Of a stretch of 64,000 nucleotides of DNA, positions 20,842 to 28,727 are shown in pieces. The translations under genes and the position numbers were made by a program. Source of the DNA: Candidatus Saccharimonadota bacterium (GTDB lineage: Bacteria; Patescibacteriota; Saccharimonadia; Saccharimonadales; Saccharimonadaceae); NCBI GenBank assembly GCA_017480095.1, contig JAFVBG010000002.1, positions 3,728 to 67,727 on the forward strand. Direction: 5' to 3'. Below the pieces are notes generated by a model. It had not been told where the DNA came from. It saw only the letters and a program-made list of their open reading frames with translations, and did not search any database. Positions within the stretch are counted from its first letter, which is position 1. Each line of letters starts with the position of its first letter.

Positions 20842-21539
20842 TTTGATTCCCCTCCTTCTTCGGGTATTTCATCATTATCAGGGTTGCGGCGGAAACGCTC
20901 TTTGAGCGTCTCCTTCTGTCTGCGAATGTCATCCAGCTTGGGTCTGGACACAGGCTTCACTTCTGCGCCGAAGCGCTTGGTAAAGTCGTTCCAGGTGAGG
21001 AACATCTTGACAATCGTCGCGAGGACGACCACCGCGATAACCACGAGGGTTACATAATGTTCCCAGCCCAGCGGTTCTCCAACCATCCTTGAGCCGAAGC
21101 TCAGGAGAAACATCGGAATCACAAAGGCTGCCCAGCCAGCGATCATGCAGACAGCTCTGGTCGGCGGATCGTCGTTCAGGTCTGCGTACTTGTCATTCAA
21201 GAAGGAATTGTTGATTCCCGTCCAGATGTAGTACAGATAAAACATCGAGACAATCCAGTATGCGTAGAGACAAATATTCAATTGTACGTTCTCGCCAATC
21301 TGCAAGCTTCTCGGAAGCAACAGGATGAGGAAGTTAATCCCCACGCGATACAGAATGGCTACCCCATAGGTAGCTTTCTGCAGGTGGAGCTTCTCACCCG
21401 TGCGCTTGTAGAAAATGTAGTCGGCGATTGCGGTGGTGCCGAACGCTGAAATCAGCGCCAGCCCCAGGATGAGCAACAGCGTGGACAAGCCCAGGCTGAT
21501 GCCGCTAACAGTATTGAAATAATTTCTTACAGCTTCCAT
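20838..21539 (-). CDS. Multi-pass membrane hypothetical protein
   Basis: GGAGGTG RBS; about 5 hydrophobic helices; overlaps the next gene's start. Confidence 0.75.
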   Translation of the reverse strand: MEAVRNYFNTVSGISLGLSTLLLILGLALISAFGTTAIADYIFYKRTGEKLHLQKATYGVAILYRVGINFLILLLPRSLQIGENVQLNICLYAYWIVSMFYLYYIWTGINNSFLNDKYADLNDDPPTRAVCMIAGWAAFVIPMFLLSFGSRMVGEPLGWEHYVTLVVIAVVVLATIVKMFLTWNDFTKRFGAEVKPVSRPKLDDIRRQKETLKERFRRNPDNDEIPEEGGESK

Positions 21540-21836
21540 AATTGCACCTCCATAATTGTGCGTCTATTTTGGTCCTAAGCTCATCTTTTTAGACGAGCTT
21601 TTGCTACGAAATATATAAACACAGGAGGTGCACCAACCCCCTGATATAGAAATTGACCGCGCAGGCTTATGGCTCTCAAAACGAACCAGCTCGCTTCTTG
21701 CGCGGGCCCTAAAATTCAGGGACTTCTGTGGGTTTTACCCCACAAAGGGTTAAATGCACTTTCTCAGGGTTTGATCCCTGAGATGATCCGGTTTTTAATG
21801 GTCGTCAGTGTAGGGTTTGCTCCCTTATCATTGACT
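21540..21836 (-). ncRNA. Candidate structured cis-regulatory 5' leader (about 300 nt)
   Basis: Lies between a sigma70 promoter and the ATG; at least 7 hairpins, a terminator-like stem and an anti-SD segment. Confidence 0.45.
21770..21797 (-). repeat. Right arm of the 28-bp inverted repeat (partner 18838-18865)
   Basis: Plus strand TTTGATCCCTGAGATGATCCGGTTTTTA. Confidence 0.8.
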
Positions 21837-21842
21837 GCTTCC

Positions 21843-21871
21843 ATTATAGCACACTTTTGCAAAAAAGTCAA
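21843..21871 (-). promoter_or_regulatory. sigma70 promoter TTGACT-17-TATAAT with extended -10 TG
   Basis: Minus strand TTGACTTTTTTGCAAAAGTGTGCTATAAT. Confidence 0.75.
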
Positions 21872-21956
21872 GCTTTTGCTTATATTTTTGCATAATAGTC
21901 AAGCTTATTTTTTAATGCTTATGGTCTAGGTCGATTTTATCTCTGTTAAAGGCATG

Positions 21957-21986
21957 AAAAATCCCCCACACTGGCTGTGCGGGGGA
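21957..21986 (-). terminator. Intrinsic terminator of gene 22042-23535
   Basis: TCCCCCGCAC-AGCCA-GTGTGGGGGA-TTTTT. Confidence 0.75.
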
Positions 21987-22041
21987 CGGGTCTAGAGACC
22001 CTTTTCGTAGGTGTGGAGGTTGCGGTTGCAGACTGTGGGGT

Positions 22042-23535
22042 TTAGCCGTTGGTAGGCTTGTACCCTTTGTCCTTCATAAACTCGCGAGCGAGCTCATCGG
22101 GGACGCGCTTGCCCAAGCGACCGCCCGGCAGCTCCTCATAGACCGAAATCTTCACGGGAGCGATTTTCAGCTTGCCACCGGTCAGCTCCAGCAGGCGTGC
22201 CTGCTTCGGCGTCAGCTTGCTCATAGCTTCACGGTAGGCGAGGGCCATGGCTTCTTCCTTGGTGAGAGACGGCTGGTCGATGTGATCAACCCAGTAGCCA
22301 AACCTCATCTTCGGCAGGCGAGCCTTGCGGTTCTCCTCAATCTGGAGCTCCATACGCTTGACACGCTCGGAATCCGTACCGACAATCTGGACAAACAGGT
22401 CGCCCAGCTGCGGAGCGACGGTGTGGTCATCGTGCAACTTGTTGAAGTATCTCTTCGCGTTGTGCACGAGTTCCGCACTCACGTTGATGCGCGGTTTCGC
22501 CGCAGTGGGCATACCGTCATAGAGACTGCAGACCCAGTTGCCGTCGGCATCGGCATAGCCTTCTTCCTGAATTACCAAGAGCTCAGTATCGCTACCGTTC
22601 TCCTCCAGGAAGTCCAGCATATCCTTACCGAAGGACAACTTTGCTTCCTCTTTGGTCTTGTAAGCCGGGGAAGCCGGATTTTTCAGGCCATACTCGCCAC
22701 GGGTGAACCAGAACATCTTGCGTTCGTAGGTTACGGGCTTGTAGTTCTTGGCCAGCTTGCGAACTCTGGTGGCCAGCTTTTCATCGCCGGCGCAGACCTG
22801 AATCGCAATGCGTTCCAGGCGGACATCGATGCGATTGGCGTCATGGACGCTCTCGATCATGGAGTCGGAGTCGCGCAGCTCGTTCGCGAGCACCTGAATG
22901 TCGTCCGCAAACGGAGCGATGTTCAGGGTAGCAGAGCTGTTAATCGGCTCGGTTGTCTCGCGAGGTTCCCTTGCAGGGGGCTGCTCAGGAGCCGGCGCAG
23001 AAACACCTTTGTTCCCATCCGGAGCGGGGGCAGAAATGCCTTTGTCACCGTCGGGTTTCTCCGCCTTGGCATCCTTAGCCTTATCGGCTTCGGAGCTGTC
23101 TGCGCCCGTAGGGGCGGGAGTCGGGTTGGAGTCGGCGGGCTTGTCGTCCTTCGGCTCAGTTTTCGGTTCAGCGGAATCGGTCTTGGCCTTGTTGGCTTCC
23201 TCGGACGGTTTATCCTCAGTGGAAGCGTCGGTCTTAGCACCGAGATCGGGCTGCTGCTTGGCGTCCTTGGCTTCGTCAGCCTTGGAATCGTTAGCTTTCG
23301 TGCTGGCAGGGGCGGGAGTCGGGTTGGAGTCGGCGGACTTGTCGTCCTTCGGCTCATCAGCGGGGTCGGATTTCGGCTGCTGAGGCTTGTCGGGATTACC
23401 GAACATCTCAGCGTAGCACTTCATCTCTTCCTCGGAGCGACCCTCAGGGCCACGATTGTTACCCTGTCCCATGACCTCCTGATCATGCTCTTCGAACGGG
23501 GTACGGTTGTAGGGATTACGATTTCTTCTAGACAT
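22042..23535 (-). CDS. Hypothetical protein with an acidic Pro/Ala/Asp/Lys low-complexity N-terminal half
   Basis: GGAGGTG RBS, own promoter and terminator; no signal peptide. Confidence 0.75.
   Translation of the reverse strand: MSRRNRNPYNRTPFEEHDQEVMGQGNNRGPEGRSEEEMKCYAEMFGNPDKPQQPKSDPADEPKDDKSADSNPTPAPASTKANDSKADEAKDAKQQPDLGAKTDASTEDKPSEEANKAKTDSAEPKTEPKDDKPADSNPTPAPTGADSSEADKAKDAKAEKPDGDKGISAPAPDGNKGVSAPAPEQPPAREPRETTEPINSSATLNIAPFADDIQVLANELRDSDSMIESVHDANRIDVRLERIAIQVCAGDEKLATRVRKLAKNYKPVTYERKMFWFTRGEYGLKNPASPAYKTKEEAKLSFGKDMLDFLEENGSDTELLVIQEEGYADADGNWVCSLYDGMPTAAKPRINVSAELVHNAKRYFNKLHDDHTVAPQLGDLFVQIVGTDSERVKRMELQIEENRKARLPKMRFGYWVDHIDQPSLTKEEAMALAYREAMSKLTPKQARLLELTGGKLKIAPVKISVYEELPGGRLGKRVPDELAREFMKDKGYKPTNG
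23110..23356. repeat. 49-bp direct repeat (23110-23158 and 23308-23356, 48/49) encoding EPKDDKxADSNPTPAP
   Basis: Read directly; 198-nt offset. Confidence 0.85.
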
Positions 23536-23604
23536 ATGCTAGCACCTCCTAATGTTCTATTGTTTATGCGCGGACCTTCCGGGCACAGTGACAATGATAC
23601 TTTC

Positions 23605-23633
23605 ATTATAGCACACTTATGCTTTTTTGTCAA
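23605..23633 (-). promoter_or_regulatory. Consensus sigma70 promoter TTGACA-17-TATAAT
   Basis: Minus strand TTGACAAAAAAGCATAAGTGTGCTATAAT. Confidence 0.8.
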
Positions 23634-23681
23634 TAGTTATAACATAAGCTTCGAAGCGGTGAGATATGTTATAATGTAGTT

Positions 23682-24053
23682 ATGGACGAAGCTCACAACT
23701 CTGGAATCATGAAATACTTAATCAACGAGAAAGATGCGGAAAAGTTTTTTCACTCTTCGGGATACGCCAGAGAGGCTTATCATGGCAACATCGGCTCGCA
23801 AAAGCATCCAGCAGATACGTTTGACGCCAGGCAGGAGCTAGAGAATAACCGCCAGTTTATCCGTGGATACAAGGATGCAAAGGTGATTACCGATGCTAGG
23901 AGAAACGTCGCCAAGACTAGGGTGCTTGGTAAGAGCGTAGAGGGGCTAAAAAACAGGTCTAGCTTCGGCGCGACCGGCAAAAGTGAGGCGCCCAGTACAC
24001 CGAGCGGGCCAGCTACACCGCCAGCACGCCGCGTCTCAGGGATTTCGAGGTAA
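23682..24053 (+). CDS. Small basic hypothetical protein
   Basis: TGTTATAAT just upstream; FHSSGYA-containing ORF resembling a family seen in Saccharibacteria. The start could be a downstream Met. Confidence 0.6.
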   Translation: MDEAHNSGIMKYLINEKDAEKFFHSSGYAREAYHGNIGSQKHPADTFDARQELENNRQFIRGYKDAKVITDARRNVAKTRVLGKSVEGLKNRSSFGATGKSEAPSTPSGPATPPARRVSGISR

Positions 24054-24159
24054 AATAGGGTTCCCTTCTTCGGTATTTTATGGTATAATGTTTCTACATG
24101 GCAATAGCGTTTATGCACGTTTTCCATGTGGCGAAGCCTTATAGATTTGGCTTTTACAT

Positions 24160-24237
24160 GGTGGGATTAGCTCAGATGGTTAGAGCGTCTGATTGTGGTC
24201 CAGAAGGTCGTCGGTTCGATCCCGATATCCCACCCCA
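24160..24237 (+). tRNA. tRNA-His (GTG)
   Basis: G-1, acceptor GTGGGAT/ATCCCAC, anticodon loop TTGTGGT, GGTTCGAT, encoded CCA. Confidence 0.95.
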
Positions 24238-24326
24238 TTCAGAACGTGAATCTTGGCATTTTTCCTCGTTCGCTCGCCGAATAGGCGCGTTTCACTCGGA
24301 GAAAATACCAATCTTCGCGCCCTGAA
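24238..24326. repeat. Long imperfect palindromic (REP-like) element between tRNA-His and tRNA-Gly
   Basis: Nested pairings TTCAG/CTGAA, TGGCATTTTT/AGAAAATACCA, CGCC/GGCG. Confidence 0.45.
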
Positions 24327-24340
24327 AAGCAATAACGCCT

Positions 24341-24415
24341 GCGAGTGTAGTACAGCGGTTAGTATGCAAGTTTTCCAAACTTGAGATGAGGTTTCGACTA
24401 CCTCCACTCGCACCA
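24341..24415 (+). tRNA. tRNA-Gly (TCC)
   Basis: GCGAGTG/CACTCGC acceptor; CAAGT-TTTCCAA-ACTTG anticodon arm; CCA. Confidence 0.93.
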
Positions 24416-24428
24416 TTTCCCGAAGCCT

Positions 24429-24505
24429 GCACCCTTAGCTCAGCGGATTAGAGCGTCTGTCTTCGGAACAGAAGGTCGTGGGTTCGAATCCCTCAGGGTG
24501 TACCA
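24429..24505 (+). tRNA. tRNA-Arg (TCG)
   Basis: GCACCCT/AGGGTGT acceptor; TCTGT-CTTCGGA-ACAGA anticodon arm; GGTTCGAAT; CCA. Confidence 0.95.
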
Positions 24506-24540
24506 CAGATTTCAAGACCACAGCGGTCTATTTTTATTTT

Positions 24541-25080
24541 ATGAAGATTTTAAGCGAAAAAGAGATGTTAGACTACGGTCGCCAACTAGGCACTGGATTT
24601 TTGACGCGTCTCAAGAACGGTGAGACCGTAGTGGTGGAACTACTTGGCGACGTCGGAGCTGGAAAAACCACTCTCACACGCGGGATTGCTGAAGGATTAG
24701 GCGTCTCCGCCCCTGTTACTTCGCCAAGTTTTACCATCTCAAAACGCTATGCTTTCCTAGCAGACAACCTAGAGGGGGCTTTGATACATTATGATTTTTA
24801 CCGTCTGCCCGACCCCGGACTAATGAGCGAAGAGCTGGACGAAAGCCTAAACTCGCCCAATACCGTTGTCATTCTAGAGTGGGCGGATTCGGTGGAGGGT
24901 ATTTTGCCAGATAATAGAATTAGAATTGAGATTAAATATCTCGATGACGGTGGGCGCGAAGTGATTACTGGCGGAGCCAAAAGCTTTCATGCCGGGGGTG
25001 AGCATAAAGAGGTGGCAGATAAATCAGGAGATTGCCTTGGCGACGAACGTAAGATTTTTAAGGCTACCGAGGAGAAATAA
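24541..25080 (+). CDS. tsaE: tRNA t6A biosynthesis ATPase TsaE, with a C-terminal extension
   Basis: LLGDVGAGKTT, VTSPSFTI, HYDFYRL, EWAD; ATG at 24541. Confidence 0.95.
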   Translation: MKILSEKEMLDYGRQLGTGFLTRLKNGETVVVELLGDVGAGKTTLTRGIAEGLGVSAPVTSPSFTISKRYAFLADNLEGALIHYDFYRLPDPGLMSEELDESLNSPNTVVILEWADSVEGILPDNRIRIEIKYLDDGGREVITGGAKSFHAGGEHKEVADKSGDCLGDERKIFKATEEK

Positions 25081-25424
25081 TGGAACTCTATCTTGACACT
25101 TCCACCCCAGATTGTATCGTAAAATTAACCGTTGACGGTGAAGTTTTTGAGTATCATGAAGAATTAGGGCGTGACATGGCCGAAAAATTACATGGGTTTT
25201 TACGCAATTTGTTCAAAAAACATGGCAAAACTTGGCAAGATTTAACTAAAATCACCTATTACTCTGGCCCAGGAAGTTTCACTGGTCTCAGGATTGGCGC
25301 CAGCGTAGTAAATACCCTGGCCGACCAGCTAAAAATCCCACTTTATAACCATCACGGCAAAAAAGTACCGCTAATTGTCCCAGATTACGGTCGTCCAGCT
25401 AATATCACGCCACCAAGAAAATAA
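25080..25424 (+). CDS. tsaB: Minimal TsaB (N-terminal domain only)
   Basis: LDTST, GPGSFTGLRIG; only 114 aa. Confidence 0.9.
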   Translation: MELYLDTSTPDCIVKLTVDGEVFEYHEELGRDMAEKLHGFLRNLFKKHGKTWQDLTKITYYSGPGSFTGLRIGASVVNTLADQLKIPLYNHHGKKVPLIVPDYGRPANITPPRK

Positions 25425-25512
25425 CCGCACAGTAACGGCTTTAAACGTTTTACGCGCGTCCTAGACCCCAAAAATAGGCTTAAACAGCCTATTTTTGAGA
25501 CCAAAATCCAAT

Positions 25513-26898
25513 CTAAAGACCAGAGACGGACGAGACACTATCGGCAGAAACCGTAGTATTGGTCGCTGTGACGCTCGTGCCAGTGTAAGTGACTTTGCCA
25601 CCATTACTGCCAGAGCGTCCCCATTCGGAAGTACCCTTAGCCGAGATAAACGGCTGATCTGGGCTGAAATTAGCCGTAACGTTGCTAAGTTTAATGACCG
25701 CATCGGTGTTCGTGATGAAGAAGAACGGAGTAGTCTTATAGACACTAGAGGTGTCGAGAATGGTAAAAGTGGAGTTTTCGGCAGTAAAATTACCCGTACC
25801 GACTGAAGCGTCGCCCGACATACTCTGATAAATCATCACACCAGCATTATCGACGTTATTGCGATTGCCAATCCCATTGGCGGAGAACTGCGAGTTCTTA
25901 ACTGTAATGCTATTTTTACCCTCTACCACCGCAATCTGCGCGCCTGTAGAAGTGCCAGTCGAATCAGAAACAGAGATAGTACCAGTAGAATAAATCAGTG
26001 GTGAGCCACTACCTGCGGTGGAAAGCTTCATGTTGGAAGCCGTCACCACGCCGGCGCCACGGTCGGTAGCAAGCGAAGCACAAGAGCCGCCGAGCGTAGA
26101 GATTTCGGAGTTGGAAATGGTGATTTCCCCCTCATAGGTGGCGTGCATACCGCGAGAATTATCCTTGGTGGTGGCCACGGTGACTTTATCAACCGTGGCT
26201 TTGCCCTTGTTTGTTGCAACTACGGCGTTGGCGCCAGAAACAGTGGTAGAAATCGTGCCGCCGTTCATGGTGAGCGTCGAACCTTCGCCAACTACCACGA
26301 TAGCCGAGTTTGTACCATAGAAGCTATAATTATCACCACGCCCCTGGAAATTTTCGGAGCCAGATTTGCTCACGGTAACATTATTAAGCGTCAATTTACC
26401 ACCATTAATGACGAGAAAAGTATTCTGATCGTCCGAAGTGGAGGCGAACTCGCCATTTTCGATAATAATTTCGGTGCCATCAATGACATAAGCACCATTA
26501 TAAGTGATACTCTTGCCACCAATCGTAGCGGTGACAGTGCCAGAATTGAGAGTTATAACATTACCACTTGCATCTTTGATTGTTGCCTCGCCAGTTGCCG
26601 TATCACTCGAAGAGCTGTCGGAAGAACCGCTAGCGCCTGACCCTTGGCAGTTAGTATCTGAAGAATTGGTTTCACAGTTGTCCTTCTGTTGCCTATCTGA
26701 AAAATATTTTAATCCCCAGACTACGCCACCAGCTAGGACAATGGCGAGCGCAGCAAAAATCAGGGTTAGACCGACGATTTTACTCTTATTTTTGCGAGGT
26801 TGTGCTTCCCCACCCATTACTAGACCATCAGTGACAAGGTTAGCGTCCGCACCGATTGGCACCTGCATCCCATCTGGGATGTTTTTGTCTTCTTCCAT
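25513..26898 (-). CDS. Membrane-anchored Gly/Ser/Thr-rich putative beta-helix/adhesin-like protein
   Basis: Single TM at about aa 40-65, then repetitive beta-strand segments (YGTNSAIVV, ANAVVAT, SLATDRGAG). Confidence 0.65.
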   Translation of the reverse strand: MEEDKNIPDGMQVPIGADANLVTDGLVMGGEAQPRKNKSKIVGLTLIFAALAIVLAGGVVWGLKYFSDRQQKDNCETNSSDTNCQGSGASGSSDSSSSDTATGEATIKDASGNVITLNSGTVTATIGGKSITYNGAYVIDGTEIIIENGEFASTSDDQNTFLVINGGKLTLNNVTVSKSGSENFQGRGDNYSFYGTNSAIVVVGEGSTLTMNGGTISTTVSGANAVVATNKGKATVDKVTVATTKDNSRGMHATYEGEITISNSEISTLGGSCASLATDRGAGVVTASNMKLSTAGSGSPLIYSTGTISVSDSTGTSTGAQIAVVEGKNSITVKNSQFSANGIGNRNNVDNAGVMIYQSMSGDASVGTGNFTAENSTFTILDTSSVYKTTPFFFITNTDAVIKLSNVTANFSPDQPFISAKGTSEWGRSGSNGGKVTYTGTSVTATNTTVSADSVSSVSGL

Positions 26899-26943
26899 AA
26901 ATAAAACTCCTTATGGTTATAATTATAGCACAAGGACTATTTT

Positions 26944-28017
26944 TTAACTACTGATGCGATGAATCTGGTATTGACCGTTCTGCGGGAATAGAGTCAGAGT
27001 AGAGCCAACTGAATATGTGCCAGAATTATAAGCTTTTCCGCCACTAGAACTCGTATTATAGCGCAGAGTTGCATTTGTATCTAAGATAAGTAAGTCGTTC
27101 TCGGTCAGACTATCTGCGGATGTTACCGAAGATTTATATCCAGTAATCACCACAAAATGCCTACTATTTGGCTCAAAACTATAGGCTACCTTGGCAATCA
27201 CTGGCTTACCGGCGTTTATCTGGTTGTAAATCTCTTTTAGCAAGTCTTGCTTACTTGATGTATTGTATGGATTTCCTTGCACAGTGTGACCAGCTCTACC
27301 GGCAGAAGCATCTTTATCACTAGCAACTTTCTCCCCATAGTAGAGATTGGCCAAATAAACACTTGAGAAGTTAAGGCATTTACCATTATCTGGTGATTCC
27401 CTTAGAGTGCTGTAGGTTTGACAATTCCCACTGGCATCGCACGATTTCTTATCTTGAGCAATTTTCTTCTGATAAACATACTGCTGATAGTCTTTTACTG
27501 AGATAGCCGTATCTGCAACACTCCAATTTTCACCCATCAAGCTTAGTGAAGTAGTTTTTCCCTGTGGACCAGAAGGGGTATCTGGAGTGACTGGAGTAGA
27601 TTGTGAAGAATCTGGATCGGCTTGACTACCAGGAGTTGTGCCTGGCGTAGTGCTTTGGCTGCTTGGGGTTTGGCTCGAAGGAGCCTCTTCTACAACTGGG
27701 CAAGAGCTAGTGTTTGACGTAAGATCGGACTGCAAAATGCCACCAGGAATCAAGAACTGCAAGACTGCAAACATGACGCCATAGACCAAAATCCCAATCA
27801 CTACCTGAAAAATACGATTTTTAGCCTTTGCCATTTTCACCTCATTCCCAGAGGAAGTAAGATACATGATGCCGGCAATAGTGATACCTAGTACTGCTAG
27901 TACACCCACGCCAGCGGTTAAGATTTTGATGATGAGGGCTAAAATCTTAAAGACAGAGCCGCCGTCGCAAGAGTCACAGACCTGCCCAAAGAAGATTGTG
28001 TCGATGCAATATTGCAT
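26944..28017 (-). CDS. CPR-type VirB2/TrbC-like pilin domain fused to a C39-like (papain-fold) peptidase domain
   Basis: N-terminal ILTAGVGVLAVLGITIAGIMYLTSSGNEVKMAKAKNRIFQVVIG; Ser/Thr/Pro linker; GKCLNFSS...INAGKPVIA...RHFVVITGY...LILDTN. Confidence 0.7.
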   Translation of the reverse strand: MQYCIDTIFFGQVCDSCDGGSVFKILALIIKILTAGVGVLAVLGITIAGIMYLTSSGNEVKMAKAKNRIFQVVIGILVYGVMFAVLQFLIPGGILQSDLTSNTSSCPVVEEAPSSQTPSSQSTTPGTTPGSQADPDSSQSTPVTPDTPSGPQGKTTSLSLMGENWSVADTAISVKDYQQYVYQKKIAQDKKSCDASGNCQTYSTLRESPDNGKCLNFSSVYLANLYYGEKVASDKDASAGRAGHTVQGNPYNTSSKQDLLKEIYNQINAGKPVIAKVAYSFEPNSRHFVVITGYKSSVTSADSLTENDLLILDTNATLRYNTSSSGGKAYNSGTYSVGSTLTLFPQNGQYQIHRISS

Positions 28018-28019
28018 GA

Positions 28020-28721
28020 TTAATTAGCCTCCGTTTCTAGCGGCGTTAAGACCTTAAATTCTTCAGCTCTGGTCATAGATTCAAAAAGCTCCAGTTTTGT
28101 AACTATATCATATTTATATCCATAAGAGTTCTCTGTATATGGATAGGTATAGTAAAGTGCATCTACCGGACGTCCGCCGTAAACAATAATAGTCTTGCCT
28201 TCAGTGGTGAACGGATAGCCACCTTTAGCATAAATCACAGCAATCTGACCGTTATCTAAATAATAGTTCAAGATATTGGAGTTCATAGCCCAAAGCGTAG
28301 TATAATTATCCCCAATAATCTCAATCTTTCCGTCATCAATTTTGAGGCCAAAGTCCCGAGCAATCTCTTCTGGACTCATATTAGAGTATTTTGACAACTC
28401 CGTATTAGAAACATAATCCGAATGAGGTTCCCCTTTTAACAACGCAGTCAAGTGGGCGTTCAATTCTTCCGTCTGGTTAACAGCATCACTATACCCTGCA
28501 AGGTCAACGGCACCATCTTCGGCAATATTTTCATTATCTGGCTGCTGCTCGGCGAGGAATACCATCGCCACTGCTGTGCCAATAATCACCAAAATACTGA
28601 ACATGAAGACCAGAAACATGGTCGGGGTGCGTTTTTCTGATTGAGAAATCCCTAGCTGGCGCTGATAGGCCTCGGCGCGAGATTCGATAATCGAGACCGG
28701 TGCGGTAGATTGATTCTGCAT
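28020..28721 (-). CDS. Single-TM protein with a degenerate C39-like domain
   Basis: YLDNGQIAVIYAKGGYPFTTEGKTIIVYG resembles L..G.PVI.....FT..GHFIV..G but has K at the catalytic His. Confidence 0.5.
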   Translation of the reverse strand: MQNQSTAPVSIIESRAEAYQRQLGISQSEKRTPTMFLVFMFSILVIIGTAVAMVFLAEQQPDNENIAEDGAVDLAGYSDAVNQTEELNAHLTALLKGEPHSDYVSNTELSKYSNMSPEEIARDFGLKIDDGKIEIIGDNYTTLWAMNSNILNYYLDNGQIAVIYAKGGYPFTTEGKTIIVYGGRPVDALYYTYPYTENSYGYKYDIVTKLELFESMTRAEEFKVLTPLETEAN

Positions 28722-28727
28722 ATTCCC

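Noticed and set aside
21805-21835. Box C/D-like kink-turn (AUGAUAA...CUGA) in the first leader hairpin
   Set aside because: The pair after the GA/AG tandem is mismatched; too weak to call.
17721-23679. Long antisense or alternative-frame ORFs (17721-18284, 18880-19707, 20017-20823, 22282-23679, 22923-23357 and others)
   Set aside because: Shadows of GC-rich, repetitive real genes that have an RBS, promoter and terminator on the other strand or frame.
24098-24540. ORFs overlapping the tRNAs, including the longer tsaE start at 24478
   Set aside because: They overlap canonical tRNA cloverleaves.
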